From Botryllus schlosseri (Eukaryota): a DNA stretch of 64,000 nt. The notes beneath the pieces were generated by a model. That model made no database searches. It had not been told where the DNA came from and saw only the letters and a list, made by a program, of their open reading frames with translations. The position numbers were made by a program, and so were the translations under genes. The stretch spans positions 22,258,001-22,322,000 of the forward strand of contig CM119371.1 in assembly GCA_051294905.1 (NCBI GenBank), given 5' to 3'. This document shows positions 38,030-50,525 of this stretch, in pieces; the stretch's first letter is position 1; each line of letters starts with the position of its first letter.

Positions 38030-38341
38030 CAGTGGTTCTCGAAATTTTTAAGACACGTTCCTCTTGTTATGGTGAAAGATTTCGCGCCCCCTTATCGCAA
38101 TATCACAAAAATCAACCAGGATGCTAGAAAACCCAACGGATAATTTGATGGTATGGAAGGTTACGACTGTGGATGAGAGATTTTTAGATATGAAATGCAG
38201 ACTAATTACAGAGCACTAAATATTAATTGGGGGTAAATCGCGCATAGCGCGAAAAATTTTTTCAGTTGAGCTCAGCTTCGCCCCCATTCAGATGCTTTCA
38301 CGCCCTCAAGTAGAGCACGCTCCCCAGTTTGAGAACCACTG
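38030..38341. mobile_element. hAT MITE family C, nested in B
   Basis: cagtggttctcgaa / tttgagaaccactg; TSD acttagaa/ccttagaa; interior is the reverse complement of 53436-53714. Confidence 0.9.
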
Positions 38342-38345
38342 CCTT

Positions 38346-38512
38346 AGAATTATACTTAGAGAAAGTTTAATTAATCCCTGCATTAATTCGATATTTAGTA
38401 CGCATTTTATTAATATTTTTAATAAGTTAAGAAATATACTAAGAGAAAATTTAATTAATCCCTGCATTAATTCGATATTTAGTACGCATTTTATTAATAT
38501 TTTTAATAAGTT
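38346..38512. repeat. 84-bp tandem duplication
   Basis: Identical 63-bp core at 38366-38428 and 38450-38512. Confidence 0.95.
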
Positions 38513-39266
38513 TCTTTTGGCTCTCGCGGGCCGCACAAAACAGTGTTGCGGGCCGCATGCGGCCCGCGGGCCGTAGTTTGCCCACCCCTGGTCTAGGCAG
38601 TTCTAGTCACGAGTCACGTGACTTGGTTCGAGTCATCACAAAATCGCGACTAAGTCATGAGTCATTACAACCCTGGCTACACATTTACGTGATCCGAAGT
38701 CGGAAGTGTAATCAGGATGCGGTTTGTGTTCTGTGAAAACGCACGCGATTACGCGCGCCATAAGTAAACAGTCAGGGCCTTATATTTGCAGTAGTCGGTC
38801 ACGTTGGAATCTCGCTATTAGCGGGTAAATTCATTATCACGGCCCGGTCGATAATGATTGTAATCACATCGCGGCCTGATGAAAGAGAGCCTTTCCGGAT
38901 TATGCCCAGCAATCGATATCGCCGTAGCAACGGCTGATCACGATCATAACACTGCCGTTGATGATGTCGGGTGATAGGCGTCTGACATGGTCCCTGTAGC
39001 GTGCTTCTAGGAAACGGCCTGGTTTTTTGTCTAATAACTCCTTCAGCTTAGAAACCGCGCCCCTTGATATATAGATACTGTCGATTACGCGATGTAGATT
39101 GCTGTTGTCCCGTGTTGTATAGAAATTCTGTCCTTGATGTGCGGGCGCGATAATATACAGATAGACCAGTTGTTATGACATGTTTATTCGTGAGAGTGTT
39201 GCGAATACCTCCCTTGACAACTACTCTGCCTGTCGCCCTCGCTAACTCTGTATCCTTTCTGAACAG

Positions 39267-39572
39267 AGTATGGCACACCAAAGCCAAAGCGCACCAGCAA
39301 AATCGCCGGGCGGCACCCCAAAAACGCCAACCACTTTGAAAACCCAGCCCAGTACCACCGCGTACCAGCAACAGCCGGCAAAGACTGTCGAAAAACCGCC
39401 TCTGCCTCCGACAAACACGGAACCGGTCACGATGAGACGGCCGCCCGTGGCGGCGATGTCGGACGACGACGAGGAAGACTTGGAAGACGAGCTTGACGTT
39501 GAGAACATTCGTTCGATGGAGGAGCAAATCAAACACACGCAGAGACATCTTGAGTTTTTGCGGGAGCAGCAG
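39267..39572 (+). CDS. Host gene exon E (SMAHQSQS...HLEFLREQQ): Pro-rich, acidic tract, start of coiled coil
   Basis: ctaac branch-like site, atcctttctgaacag| ... cag|gttggt; phase 0 in, phase 0 out. Confidence 0.88.
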
Positions 39573-40344
39573 GTTGGTTTCCGCCGTTGCGTGTACTGTA
39601 CAACAACATATAGTCAGGGCCGCTATTACCATGGATGAAAGGGTAAGACTAGCCCAACAATCCGTGAAATTAGTAGACTGGCGACTAAAAAAACGGAAAA
39701 AGGTAAAGTACATTTGTCCGATCCTAGTTGCACCAGATCCTAGTTTCACCAGATTCTTTTTGGTGAGCTGATGACTGAAGACGAAGATCATCCTTGCTTA
39801 ATTGCTGGAAATACGGGCAAAATTGCCGCACATATGCGCAAAATAAGGACGCAAGTCATCAATGATAAGGGACAATATCGAAACTTTCTTAAAACTGGCT
39901 CATTCACTGTAAATACGTGGGCAAATTAGTGTATTCCGCGTTTTACAGTTTCGCTGCGGTGAAAATAAGGTACCGTAAACGACACTTCCTGATGGCAAAT
40001 TCTGCTTTCAAATCCATTCCAATGGGTGCAAACGAGTTAAATACAGTAATTCTTACTGAGATATATTCAAGGGTTTTATCACCTTTTGCGCTTTCTTGGG
40101 TCTGTGCACGAAAACACAACCTACACCACCACTGGGTTATACATCTAAACTAATGGTGTATATGACTGGTTTTCACCTATTGGAATGCCCGTGAAATCCA
40201 GATATAGTCATTTATCTGATTCACACCCTACGCTACGGTAGATATACGTCGAAATCCACGTTTTCTGTCTAGTCGAGTTCAGTGAAATGTGAGAAATTTA
40301 ACACTTCAGGCTTGTTATTTTACATTTTTCGCATTTTTTATCAG

Positions 40345-40432
40345 GAAAAGCTGAAAAAACGGAAGCAAGACCGCACGAAATACAGAGAAACTCTCAAGAG
40401 AAACTCGACCAACTTCGAACGCTATTCGCAAG
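40345..40432 (+). CDS. Host gene exon F (EKLKKRKQDR...FERYSQ)
   Basis: cattttttatcag| ... caag|gtaacg; phase 0 in, phase 1 out; continues the coiled coil. Confidence 0.85.
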
Positions 40433-41050
40433 GTAACGCAGTTTTACGCGATACTGGGTTCAATCACAGCTATCGCAACAAGGGCGCGAATTCGTTTTGA
40501 AACGCCCCTACCTCGGTATTCAGCGGTAGAAGTGTAGAATGTCTATGTTCACGACGTGGCGCTTGTGTGACGTGATAATGAACGAAAAAATAGCAGTCGA
40601 CTACTTAGGAATTTGATTCCGAATCAAGCCACAGTATGGCAGTACCTCCCATTGCAATGTCGTCATTGTGCGGATGACTCGAAAAGCTCAAGTATCCAAC
40701 TTCAATGCGACCATATATGAAATAATGCCACTACGCTAAATTAAACATAATAATTTGCCACTCTTCGTCGACTGCATCTATTTCATAACGCTTTTACCAG
40801 AATGCTGCGGGTCAAAACACTGTTGAACAGTCATGCCATTTCCACTAACGCAAGAGTAACTTCTCCAATCTTCAGTCGGCTGGCCTGACTCGCGAAAAGG
40901 AAGTACTTGGTAGGACGGATTCCTAAATCGATGATACATTAATCACGTATTTATCCATTTATACAACGAATAAATGGTATTCAATGCAAACTTGAAGTTT
41001 AAAGCATAGGTCCAAAACAGTATTTAAAGAATTTATTACCGCAGTGTACT

Positions 41051-41308
41051 TCAATAGCTGTTGAAGACAATGAGACCTCCGTCGTCGATTAAAGTTGTCG
41101 ACAAGTTCTTTGAACTCTGGATGCATGTCAGATGCAGAAACCTGTTCATGGTCGAGAATGTTTCCTCGCGAATATATGTAGACCCGAACAGAAGTAGTAG
41201 TTTCATGGTCATGTTTCTCAGGTTGGCAAACTGATGTACGCGGGCCACATTATCATGGAAGGCCGGAAAGTGTCTGCGGGCCGGGTCCGGGTCTGTTGCC
41301 CGCCCCTG
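41051..41308 (-). mobile_element. hAT relic: TIR joined to the transposase C-terminal dimerisation motif
   Basis: Minus strand reads LLLFGSTYIREETFSTMN, similar to the hAT C-terminal FGSTYxCExxFSxM motif; ends ttgcccgcccctg. Confidence 0.75.
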
Positions 41309-41743
41309 CACTAACGCATAAGTATTGGTACATTTATTACTACTGGGCCATCCGCAACTTGGCCTCCAATCTAATGTGTGTACGTTAATTCCTCGGAACC
41401 GATGACTCTTTACCTGTTTACGACCGTAATCATACCGATTTAATTACACGCTACAGCACCTGCGCGTTAAATCGTCTCGAAAATCACGATATCCGAAACC
41501 GTGCCTTTTAAAGGCGCGCATTTTAAGCAGGAATTACAGCCTGTAGTATCTCAGATCGTGACGGAATTTCCGTAGCGCCACGCTCTCGTTGTAGTGTCCG
41601 TAACGCTTCGTAACTGTACCGGTGCTCGCACGCGTTCGGGTGGATAAACATTAAACGATCAGCGGATACATCAAAGGGTTTCGGGTTTATTCTTATAGGT
41701 AACATCCTACTATATAGTTCGATATATATACTTTTTTCTACAG

Positions 41744-41880
41744 GATACAACAATCCGCCAGTCGTGACCGGCGGCTTGCACGCTTACCACTCCGCGCAGG
41801 ACCTGAAGCGGGAGGTGTCGCAAAACGGACACGTCGCGCACAAGACGAACGGATCCACTGCGGTTGATAATTCTGGCGCG
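41744..41880 (+). CDS. Host gene exon G (GYNNPPVVTG...VDNSGA)
   Basis: cttttttctacag| ... gcg|gtaagt; phase 1 in, phase 0 out; not in the ORF track. Confidence 0.9.
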
Positions 41881-44308
41881 GTAAGTTACTTATAAGAACT
41901 CTTTTACTTACTTAGTATAAATAGCGTAGAAATAGTCCGCCTACTTTACCGAAGTTGACAATAGGTCTGGTACAGTGTTCTTTTGACCTCGATAGTATTT
42001 GTACAATTCGCAAGGTGGCGCTGGTGAACCGTTATATTACCCTCCTTACTAAAATTTACCAGCAGTTAATTTTTGCGGGCGGATTCAGGGCATGTTCTAG
42101 GCGTTGCTGCACCGCAGCGCGCGCATTTATGACTATAGGACTCGCGATTCCATATCCGGTCACAACTCGAAGTACCGTTATTTATTATGAAGCACCGGTG
42201 ACGCGCTCGTGATTGACTATTCAATGAATTCATTCCATGCGTAGATGTAGAACTCGCATCGTGAATTTCAAAGCAAGAATCTTCATATATCTATATATCT
42301 ATTAACGTGATCTAATTCACTCGTATAAAGGCAAACCAAACGTATCCCTAAACTACTTACTACCTTTCGAAATGCGAATTGTAAAAATCATATCGATTTG
42401 CACAAAAACTGTTTCGGTTAAAGTGGAGATACCGTGAAAACATAACTATACTTCAGCAAATCATGAAACTAGGCAAACTTCATTACCAACCTCCTCTGGT
42501 TATTACGTAAGCGGTAATTTCTGCACGAAAGCCCTAATGGACCGCCCAGCTTATACGTTACATTAGCGATGGTATGCTCGACACGTTCTGGGTGCGTTTA
42601 AACTTTAAAGTATTGCGTTTCAAGAGTCGTTCGCGATAATCCCGTAATGTTTTCCGGCGGAACTTACCAGACGCTGGTTTATCTCCTTCGATTTCGCCAT
42701 GCTGGTTACGTTATACTGTTGTGGAGTCTTATTTTCTTTATGGAGGTGAGGAATTTGTGACATGATGATGTTTAGCGATGTCTTCGAAGGTATTTGTTGG
42801 TTTTGTGTTTCGAATTTTGCCGCTGGCAATTAGCGACTTCGAATAGTGTATGTTGGTTGGAGCAGTTGGTCGCAACCTTTTTAGCTTACGGACAGGTAGA
42901 ATTTCGAAACAAATCTTGTTCACCGGTGAACCTTCTTAATCAACTTGAAGCATGAACTAATTATGACAAAGTATACAGCTCTATGAAGCCTATATTAGAA
43001 ACTTAGTTTGAACGAGATATTTGATGCTGCCTTTTTGATATTACGCGTGTTATACCTGGTTCCATTGAAGGTACTGCAAGGTGAAGTCCTGTTACTAACT
43101 ATCAATTTGATCATGATTGTTCGGTGTCTTTTGAAAGAACCGTGATTATGCTGTTTGTTAGCCTCCGTAATACCCCAAATGTGGACAAGTTGTGTTGTCC
43201 AAAGGTAACGCATGATGATTAAAAGCCTTCTTATGTTTCATATATGCCCTGTAAGCTAATTTTATGCAGTTTGGCAAAAACTTTCATAATTGAGACGCAG
43301 ATTAAAGTGGAATTAGTTCGTGAACTGTACATCACGTTAGAAAGCGTTCCCAATTAGGTTTGAATTACGTTCGAAAGTCGGCGTTTCATTTCCCCATTTC
43401 GTGGCCTCCAAGCCTCACAGCTCGCACCAAACCCTCCAAGGCCACTAGCCACTAACAAACGGCTGCAAGATTGTCACATCGATTCTGTAATTAGAGTAAT
43501 CGCTGGAAAATTACGGCCAGCGCGCCACAGATGCGCTCGACAGACACCGGTATTGACATCGCCAAGCTAGTAGGGTTGTGGTCGCAGTGATAATTTTTCT
43601 TTTACGCGGAATTTAAAGATAAGTTAGTGTACTGTTGCTAACATGGCATTTCCACGCGAATTATGTGTCCAGCTGTATTTTGTAACGAATTCGACACCGT
43701 TCACGGGCGATCTATCTCTTCTCTGATCTGCGCGGTATGGTACGGTGAGAGTTTTAGATGAAAGACGCTTCGTGTTGACAGACCGGCACGTTGTCGGGTG
43801 CCACCTGTCGCGATTTTCGCGCCAATATCGATCGCGCACTTGAGCCGCGTCCGTGGCGTTGATGGCGGCGTTGCGACGCGCGCGAAGTAGCGTCTAGGGT
43901 AGGTTGAGCGTACTGGTAGATCTGCTGCTACGATCCAGCACAGGCGATCAGAAACGAAGTACTTGCACTTTGTGGGAGTACTCAAATAGGTTGGACCTAA
44001 ACGCGTCCTACATATCTTAAGCTCAAGGGTATGATGCTGAACTACTTCTACGGTTAATTGAAAATTTCCATTTGTTTAGGCAAAACTATGTCATTGGCTA
44101 CTTACTTCTTTACTAGGCTACTATTGCTACTTCAAGTCTGCTGGGGATTTTGGACTACTTCGATCTCCCCTTCAACTTTGTATTCATTTTTCGGTTTGTA
44201 ATTCTACTTAACGATTATCAGTTTTTTTGACAAATGTCGGTTTGGAATATTTCATTTTTTACTTAGTCGAAATCGCCAACTTCTACTTCTCAATTTTCCG
44301 TCTGTTAA

Positions 44309-46519
44309 CCCTTTGTGGACTGAATATATTCTCTATGGTTGGAAAAATTATTTCTATGCGTAACTTAAATTGTTTTAACTCAACTTAAACATTGGTCAAC
44401 AAAATTTAAATTTTTCCTTTATTATTTATTATTTTGAATGTTTGTCGCAAATTTGCGACATCAGGCTTTCGCGACAAAAAATCGAAACAAAACACGTCAA
44501 TTTTGACAATTGAAATTACTGGTCAAAATTAGCAAAAAAGTTATAGTTTTTGTTCAGGCACAGCTGTACATGACATTTGACACATTTTATAACAGGTTGT
44601 TCTTCATAGTTATGTCTCTTGCATCTCTGTCTGGTGTCCATGGAAGGGGTGTGACCCACTTGGTCACGTTGGGGTGGGCTTTGTTGGTCCTCTTTTCTTT
44701 TTCTTATCATACTCCTGCTGGATACAGAGAGATGCCCTCCGACTTTTTCCCCTGTCACTAATTTTCCATACTTTACCAGGTATTCTGCATATAATTTGGA
44801 GCAAGCAGACATTTTTGCATCTGTTTCGGAAATTGCACAAAAACACAGTCCCATCTGTACAGCAATCAACTATTGGCGACAGCAAGATCAACCAAATGAC
44901 GTACAATTACATGTATAGTATGTTTTTGAGCGGATACATGTTATGTAATAAGACAAATAGGCATCCAGAAGATCAACCTCCCCCATAAATGAATTGTACT
45001 GTTCGGCAATAAATGGGTAGTCGACCTGTGAGCGTTACTTCGTTTCCGGTCCCATCTTTCAATTTTACTAACAGAATTTGCTTTGACAAAGGTACTGGCC
45101 AGTATAACACTGCGATTGTCATACCACTTTACTGCCCAAATACTAACGCCGTCCAGAGAAACCTCCTTTACTTCAAATCTCACTCTCCTTGTCCTGAAGT
45201 CTGTGCCATTACTGAATTGACAGCCACACAGTATGTTTGATCGCACAGTTCCTACTGCAAAAAATCACATGTGAGATGAACTATATGAGCAAGAAAGATT
45301 TGATCTGCTTCCATCGATCTCGGGACATGATATCAGAAACTTTATTATATCTAGTATCATTGGCCCATTACATATAGGATCTAGGCATTTTCACGATAGA
45401 CATATGCATGCAACATCCTAAGTCTTTTTCAATATCATCTCCAGTCATCTGTATTGCCTTCGTTGGATTTGAACGGCAAATAAATTGCTCTCATAAACAA
45501 TCCAGTCCAGCAATTCCACTCCAACAAAATATTCGAAAGATGTGTGCGGAGAAGAAATAGAGTACAGTCACTGTCGAGCAATTCTGCCTTCCATATAGGA
45601 AAATAGTAGCCAGGGATCTTTCCGCCTTGAATTGTTTTCCATATAGGTTTTCGTTTCGGTTCTTGCGGTGTACATGCAATTGACCCGGTGTTTTCCCTTT
45701 CTCTACTTTTGAAAACACGATTGAGGAATCTTCATCAGATTCATCGGGAGAAGAGGATTCACCCGAACTCATTTATCACATAGCAGCATAAGTTGCTGCA
45801 GTAGAACGTTCTTCATCGTCAGAATCACTGCCACCATCTTTACTGCCTTTCCAGTTTACCGTCACTTGATGAGTGATTTTTCCCCATAACAACATCTGGT
45901 ATCCATTTTTGCAACAGCAATTTCTGATTGAAATTATTGAGAATATTTGTTACCTTTTTAGCACTATTCTAGAAGTTAGTTTACATATTCGTTGTCATTA
46001 TGTGATGTATCAAGGCACTTTCTTGTCTCGTGAAGTTGGTGAATCTATTCCCCTCTTTTCTCACGTAAATACCTATTCCATTTGGAAATATTTCAGTAGT
46101 AGGAATGTTGTCAGAATTTACCAACAAAGGGCTAATGATGCAAATTCGCATCACTCCCCATTTTCAACTTTGCCAAGAAGACTTACACATTATTGATCCA
46201 AAACACTTCTGGCTATGTGATTTATGGTGTAAAGAATCCTATACATATTTTTCTGAACGAATATACTCACCAAATCATTCGACCGCGGAGCAACAAAGAA
46301 CGTGGGTCCACTGACTTCACTCAGACATGCCAATGCAATAAACAACGTCCGGGACACCCACCTTTCACTCCAAACACTCTATTTTAAAAGGCGCCAAAGG
46401 GAAGTTCGGAATGTATACTTTCTGCGACGGCCGTCGTGGCCGTGTCAAGTATGAGTGAAGTCAGTACAAAATGATGTAATTCGGTATGTACCGAATTTGT
46501 TACGCTCGTCCACAAAGGG
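44309..46519 (-). mobile_element. piggyBac transposon, internally deleted and degenerate, 2211 bp
   Basis: 12-bp perfect TIR ccctttgtggac / gtccacaaaggg; TTAA at 44305-44308, ttgg at the other end; transposase relics on the minus strand. Confidence 0.92.
44516..45800 (-). pseudogene. piggyBac transposase pseudogene
   Basis: Motifs VKMPRSYM*W..TRY...IMSRDRW, AVGTVRSN, VKWYDNRSVILASTF, YNSFMGEVDLLD, RDQVGHTP and C-terminal CVKCHVQLCL; stops and frameshifts; central catalytic region missing. Confidence 0.9.
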
Positions 46520-47990
46520 TTGGAAAAACTGAACCCGGGCAACTTGCCTTTTTGCTGACTTGGAGATCGCTAGTACTTTTCGTACTTCTTTCTATCTTGA
46601 CTTTCTTTTTTCTAAATCCGAATCATAGGACCTAAGCCGACGGCCACAACATTGCCAGAAACCGCGCAGTCATCCGAGCTAATCAGACGACTTTTAGGCC
46701 AGATTAGACCCAGAAAACGTAGCTTTATAGTTACGTGAAAGTCGCTAATTCTGCTTGTACTTTGGAGTTTACAATGTTAGGGAGACATTATTTTCCGTGA
46801 TTCGTTTTGTTTGACTTATTGTAACATACTTCATGTCGCTTTCATGCGGTTGCATATAAACTTCCAACGAAAGTAGATGTATGATACGCGTCAGTGCATC
46901 CATATGTCAGTAAGTTTTGCTACGGGCGCCACATCTCGTGAGAAGGCCATGTTTATTTGCTGGCTTCTCGCTTGCGTGATAATTCGCGGGTGTTCGCGAT
47001 CGCGTGGCTGCCTTTTGTGTTTTCTTACCGCTTGTCACACGTTCTAAAGGCCCGGTGTTGGTTTATATAGATCCCAGATTCGGGCCGTCTCTATTACGGG
47101 TGTGTTATGGTGGAAGATGTTTGGTGTTTGTTTTTTCTGCGTGTTTTCATTACGATTTACGCGTTGATTCGCAGGGGTGTTAGCTTGCTTAGATCACAGC
47201 GTGCGGTTTGAAATGTTGATTTAATATTCTCGGGACATTCATTCGCAGTTGTAAGGCGTGGAGCTTAGGGTAAATTTAGTATGCAGCAACGGCGTTAATG
47301 TGATGATTGTGCTGGCTTTTTTCGGGCTGATGAAGTTACGTCATGGATACGGCGTTGCGTTGTGCGCGGGTGGAATTCGTGGGGTACGGGCGATTACACG
47401 CCTCCGATAACACACGCGATTTGCCTTTATCCGTGAAATTGTCTCACGCAATAGTTTTTCGATGTGATGCGGGGTACGGCTGTGGTAGCTCGGTGACTGT
47501 CTACAGGTGGCTGAGTGCAGTATAGGGTGTATACTGTATAATGTACAGGTAGGTAACAGTTGCAGAAGGGTGATGAAACTGGTGTGAATTACTTGTGGTA
47601 ATTGCGTTGAACTGGAATGATTCACTCAATTGAATGGCATCTCGAATGTATTTTAGCGGTTTTGCGTAATCCCGTCAATTAACGCGCTTGAGATAATGTA
47701 AGCAAACTCTCCCGTCAGCCGGATATTTCTGTGAGCGCCCGTTTTTAGCGACTTGCCTCTTCCACAAGCTATTTCGATGTCGGTTCTTTACGTCAAACGC
47801 AGTGTATACTTGATAAAAACGTGATATTTCGGGGATATCAGTCGCGGTTCTTGTTGGTGTCAAGCCGGACATAAGCATCTTATATTACTAGATAGCTGGT
47901 AGACGCACTGGTGTGCTCTTATCACGCGAAGCTTGCTTGGAATATGGTTAGACAGGGTATTAATTACACAACTGCTGATGTTCGTTATAG

Positions 47991-48490
47991 TTAAGGCTTG
48001 GCAAAATCGAGTGTTCGGAGTATTCGATTCCGAGTCGAACATTAAGCTCCGGTAGAGTCAAGTTTTCGAGCACCTACTTGAGTATTACGTCATAACGGTA
48101 ATCATGACTTGAAAGGTTGAGATAGGCATCTTTTAACGATCAGAAGGAGAATGCCGCCGGTTAGACCTCTAACAAAATAATTTCCCATTTGGACCATGAA
48201 AATTTTGTAGCGCTTTGCGACGATTTTGATGATCAATCACTTATGGACAGAAATGTCGTGTCGGAATATCCGTAGCCTTGTGCGACATGATTTTGGGTTG
48301 TCCGAGGCTCCAGCGGTTGAAACAGGGCGCTATAGTATACTATAGTTTGGTTCATGAAATATTACTGCTGATCGAAATGCGAATATTTTCGTTGGGCCTA
48401 CTCGAAAAAGTCGACTCTCACTACTTGAATCATTACAATTGATACTAGACCGGGTTTCGAGTACGGTACAGGAATCATTGTGCAGAGACT
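47991..48490. mobile_element. Diverged copy of hAT MITE family G
   Basis: taaggcttggcaaaatcgagt...ttcgattc and gaatcattgtgc resemble the two ends of 33418-33946. Confidence 0.5.
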
Positions 48491-48915
48491 TGAGTCTAAA
48501 TGAGTCACACCGGCGATTGTACGTTACAGTATGGGTAGAGATCTTTCGTGGGTATGGATTTGGAGGAGAGACGCCGATGATATCGGCCAAGTTGTGTATC
48601 GAAGACAGATATCGCCCTCCATGTTACATAGCTTGGGAGACATTGCCTTCGCACCTGCGCACACAGATAACGCGGAGTATCTACTAGCTGTTATCTTGTA
48701 TATTGTGTCTTTAGATGCGCGGGCAGGAAATAAAAACTTGAAGCGCAGGGCAGTTATAATGAACGCACATAGTTTCGAGAAGTCCCCGTAAATTAATACA
48801 CTGGTGCGAACGAAGCACTCGTCCAGTCGCATGCCTCGCTGTTTCATAACGCCAGGTCTCTACTCTCTAGTTCTTAGTTGGATAAGCTTAGTTCAAGCCC
48901 AGATCCCGTTAAGCT

Positions 48916-49120
48916 AAGCCTGCTCTAATTCGCAGCCTCTGAATGGCAGATCAGCAAATAACACTGCGCTCTATTGTGACGGATGACTCGATTCGTCTTT
49001 ACAGTAGCCCCGTAGTAGCAGGCCAAGCCTGGTGCTGTAATCAGCAGCCTCTGAATCGCAGCTAGGCAAATAACAATGTGGTCCATTGTGACGAATGACG
49101 GGAGAACGGATAAACAATGT
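48916..49120. repeat. Diverged tandem duplication, period ~112 bp
   Basis: gcagcctctgaat.gcag...gcaaataaca...attgtgacg.atgac at 48932 and 49044. Confidence 0.8.
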
Positions 49121-50084
49121 CTTGAGCGTAATAGAATGAGTGTGATGGCCATCAACCGCAGCCTAATAATGAGTTGTATGCAATGTATAAAACTGTATGC
49201 ATTTGCATTTTCCGCACATAGTATTGGGAGTTTGTCAAAAGTGGTTGGTTGGTTACTCACCACCTCATGATGATGTTGGTACACTTCATACTTTGGTTCT
49301 CTGAAGTTGAGCCCAAATTAGCTTAATATTGATGCCCAGACTCGAATGTAATACAATGTAGCCTTTTATCATAAAGTAAAATATGTTGACTTGGTTATTT
49401 TTATCAATTTGATCCAACTCTTTGGCTGGTGTCCGCTGCACCCTATGTAGAGAAGAGAGATTTGGACTTGTGAAGAATATATACACAATATCCGGCATTA
49501 TGTTATGGAATTTCGCATAGCATAGCCCGTATCACGATTTCAGCGTGTAATTTTGAATAATATTGCATTCCTCTGCCAATTTCGTGTTCGCCTCTGACGT
49601 GATATCAGTTAATTTGGTGATTTGTGCCAAATTTCGGAACCGGATCAACCCATCGGACCTTGAAATATTGGCAATGCAGCCTCGCTAGTCGCTATTATCA
49701 TGCCGCTTTTATTTGTCTGTATTTAAAATATATTATGACTGTGTACAAATGATACGTAAAACGTCAGAGCTCACGAACTTTCAAGTCTAAATCGCATACT
49801 TGTTTTTCGTTTTAAAGTTTGTTTATCGTTGTGATAAATTTTGCGCCGACTAATACTTGACCGGTCTGATGTTTATGGCTGTGCGGCACCTTGAAACGAT
49901 TTTGATTTACGGTATTGGGCGAACTATATTTATTGCTCGTTACGAGTTTTGTGGCTCGGATACCAACAGCGGTTGTCGCAAACATGCCACTGCGTTACTT
50001 GCGGGCTATATGGGATACGAAAATGTAAACTTCAATTCAACCCGACTACCGATACACCGCTAGCAGAATCTCAGTTGCACGCAC

Positions 50085-50525
50085 ATCTGTCGTCTTCATG
50101 TGAGCATAGCTTAGTAAAAACCATGTGATTTATAGGAGCTGCAAAATCTTCAGTTTGCAAATGCATTCCACATGTATGCGCGGCAGTGCGGCACGCGCCC
50201 TGATACTATTTCAAATACTCATCAAATGCAATATATTCCATGTCAACTCGATGTTAGTATATCTTGGTAAATACGATGTAATTTATGGGCGTTGCAAAAT
50301 CGCCAGTTTAAAACTGCTTTCCATATGAATGCGTTGCAGTGCAGTGCTCGCCATTCGGTTGACACTATTCTCAAAGACGCATTAAAACGCAAATTCCAAG
50401 CACATGTTTCATCTTCATGTGAGCCTGTCGTAGTAAATGCGATGTAATATTTATGCGCGTTGCAATATATTCTCTTTGAAACTGCATTCCATATCTATGC
50501 GTGACCCTGCAGTACTCGCATACTA
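50085..50525. repeat. Degenerate tandem array, 3 units of ~153-166 bp
   Basis: t(a/g)gtaaa...atgt.at...gcaa...tgc.ttcca at 50112, 50265, 50431. Confidence 0.75.

Larger units (their letters stand above)
37378..38590. mobile_element. hAT (Buster/Charlie-like) element B, nested in A
   Basis: 16-bp perfect TIR caggggtgggcaaact; subterminal gcgggccgc motifs; perfect TSD gtctaggc. Confidence 0.95.
37017..38675. mobile_element. hAT MITE family A, outer element of a three-level nest
   Basis: cagggttgtaa / ttacaaccctg; TSD tatacaca/gctacaca (6/8). Confidence 0.88.

Noticed and set aside
39631-39702. MDERVRLAQQSVKLVDWRLKK resembles the ING-family N-terminal helix (DEKVQLAxQxYxLVD)
   Set aside because: Only ~22 aa, intronic, out of phase with exon E and with no other ING segment (no PHD) found; treated as chance
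39048-39791. Longest ORF in the track (247 aa, minus strand), plus the 39242-39538 and 39184-39414 ORFs
   Set aside because: Antisense shadows of GC-rich exon E; the + frame has splice signals and phase continuity
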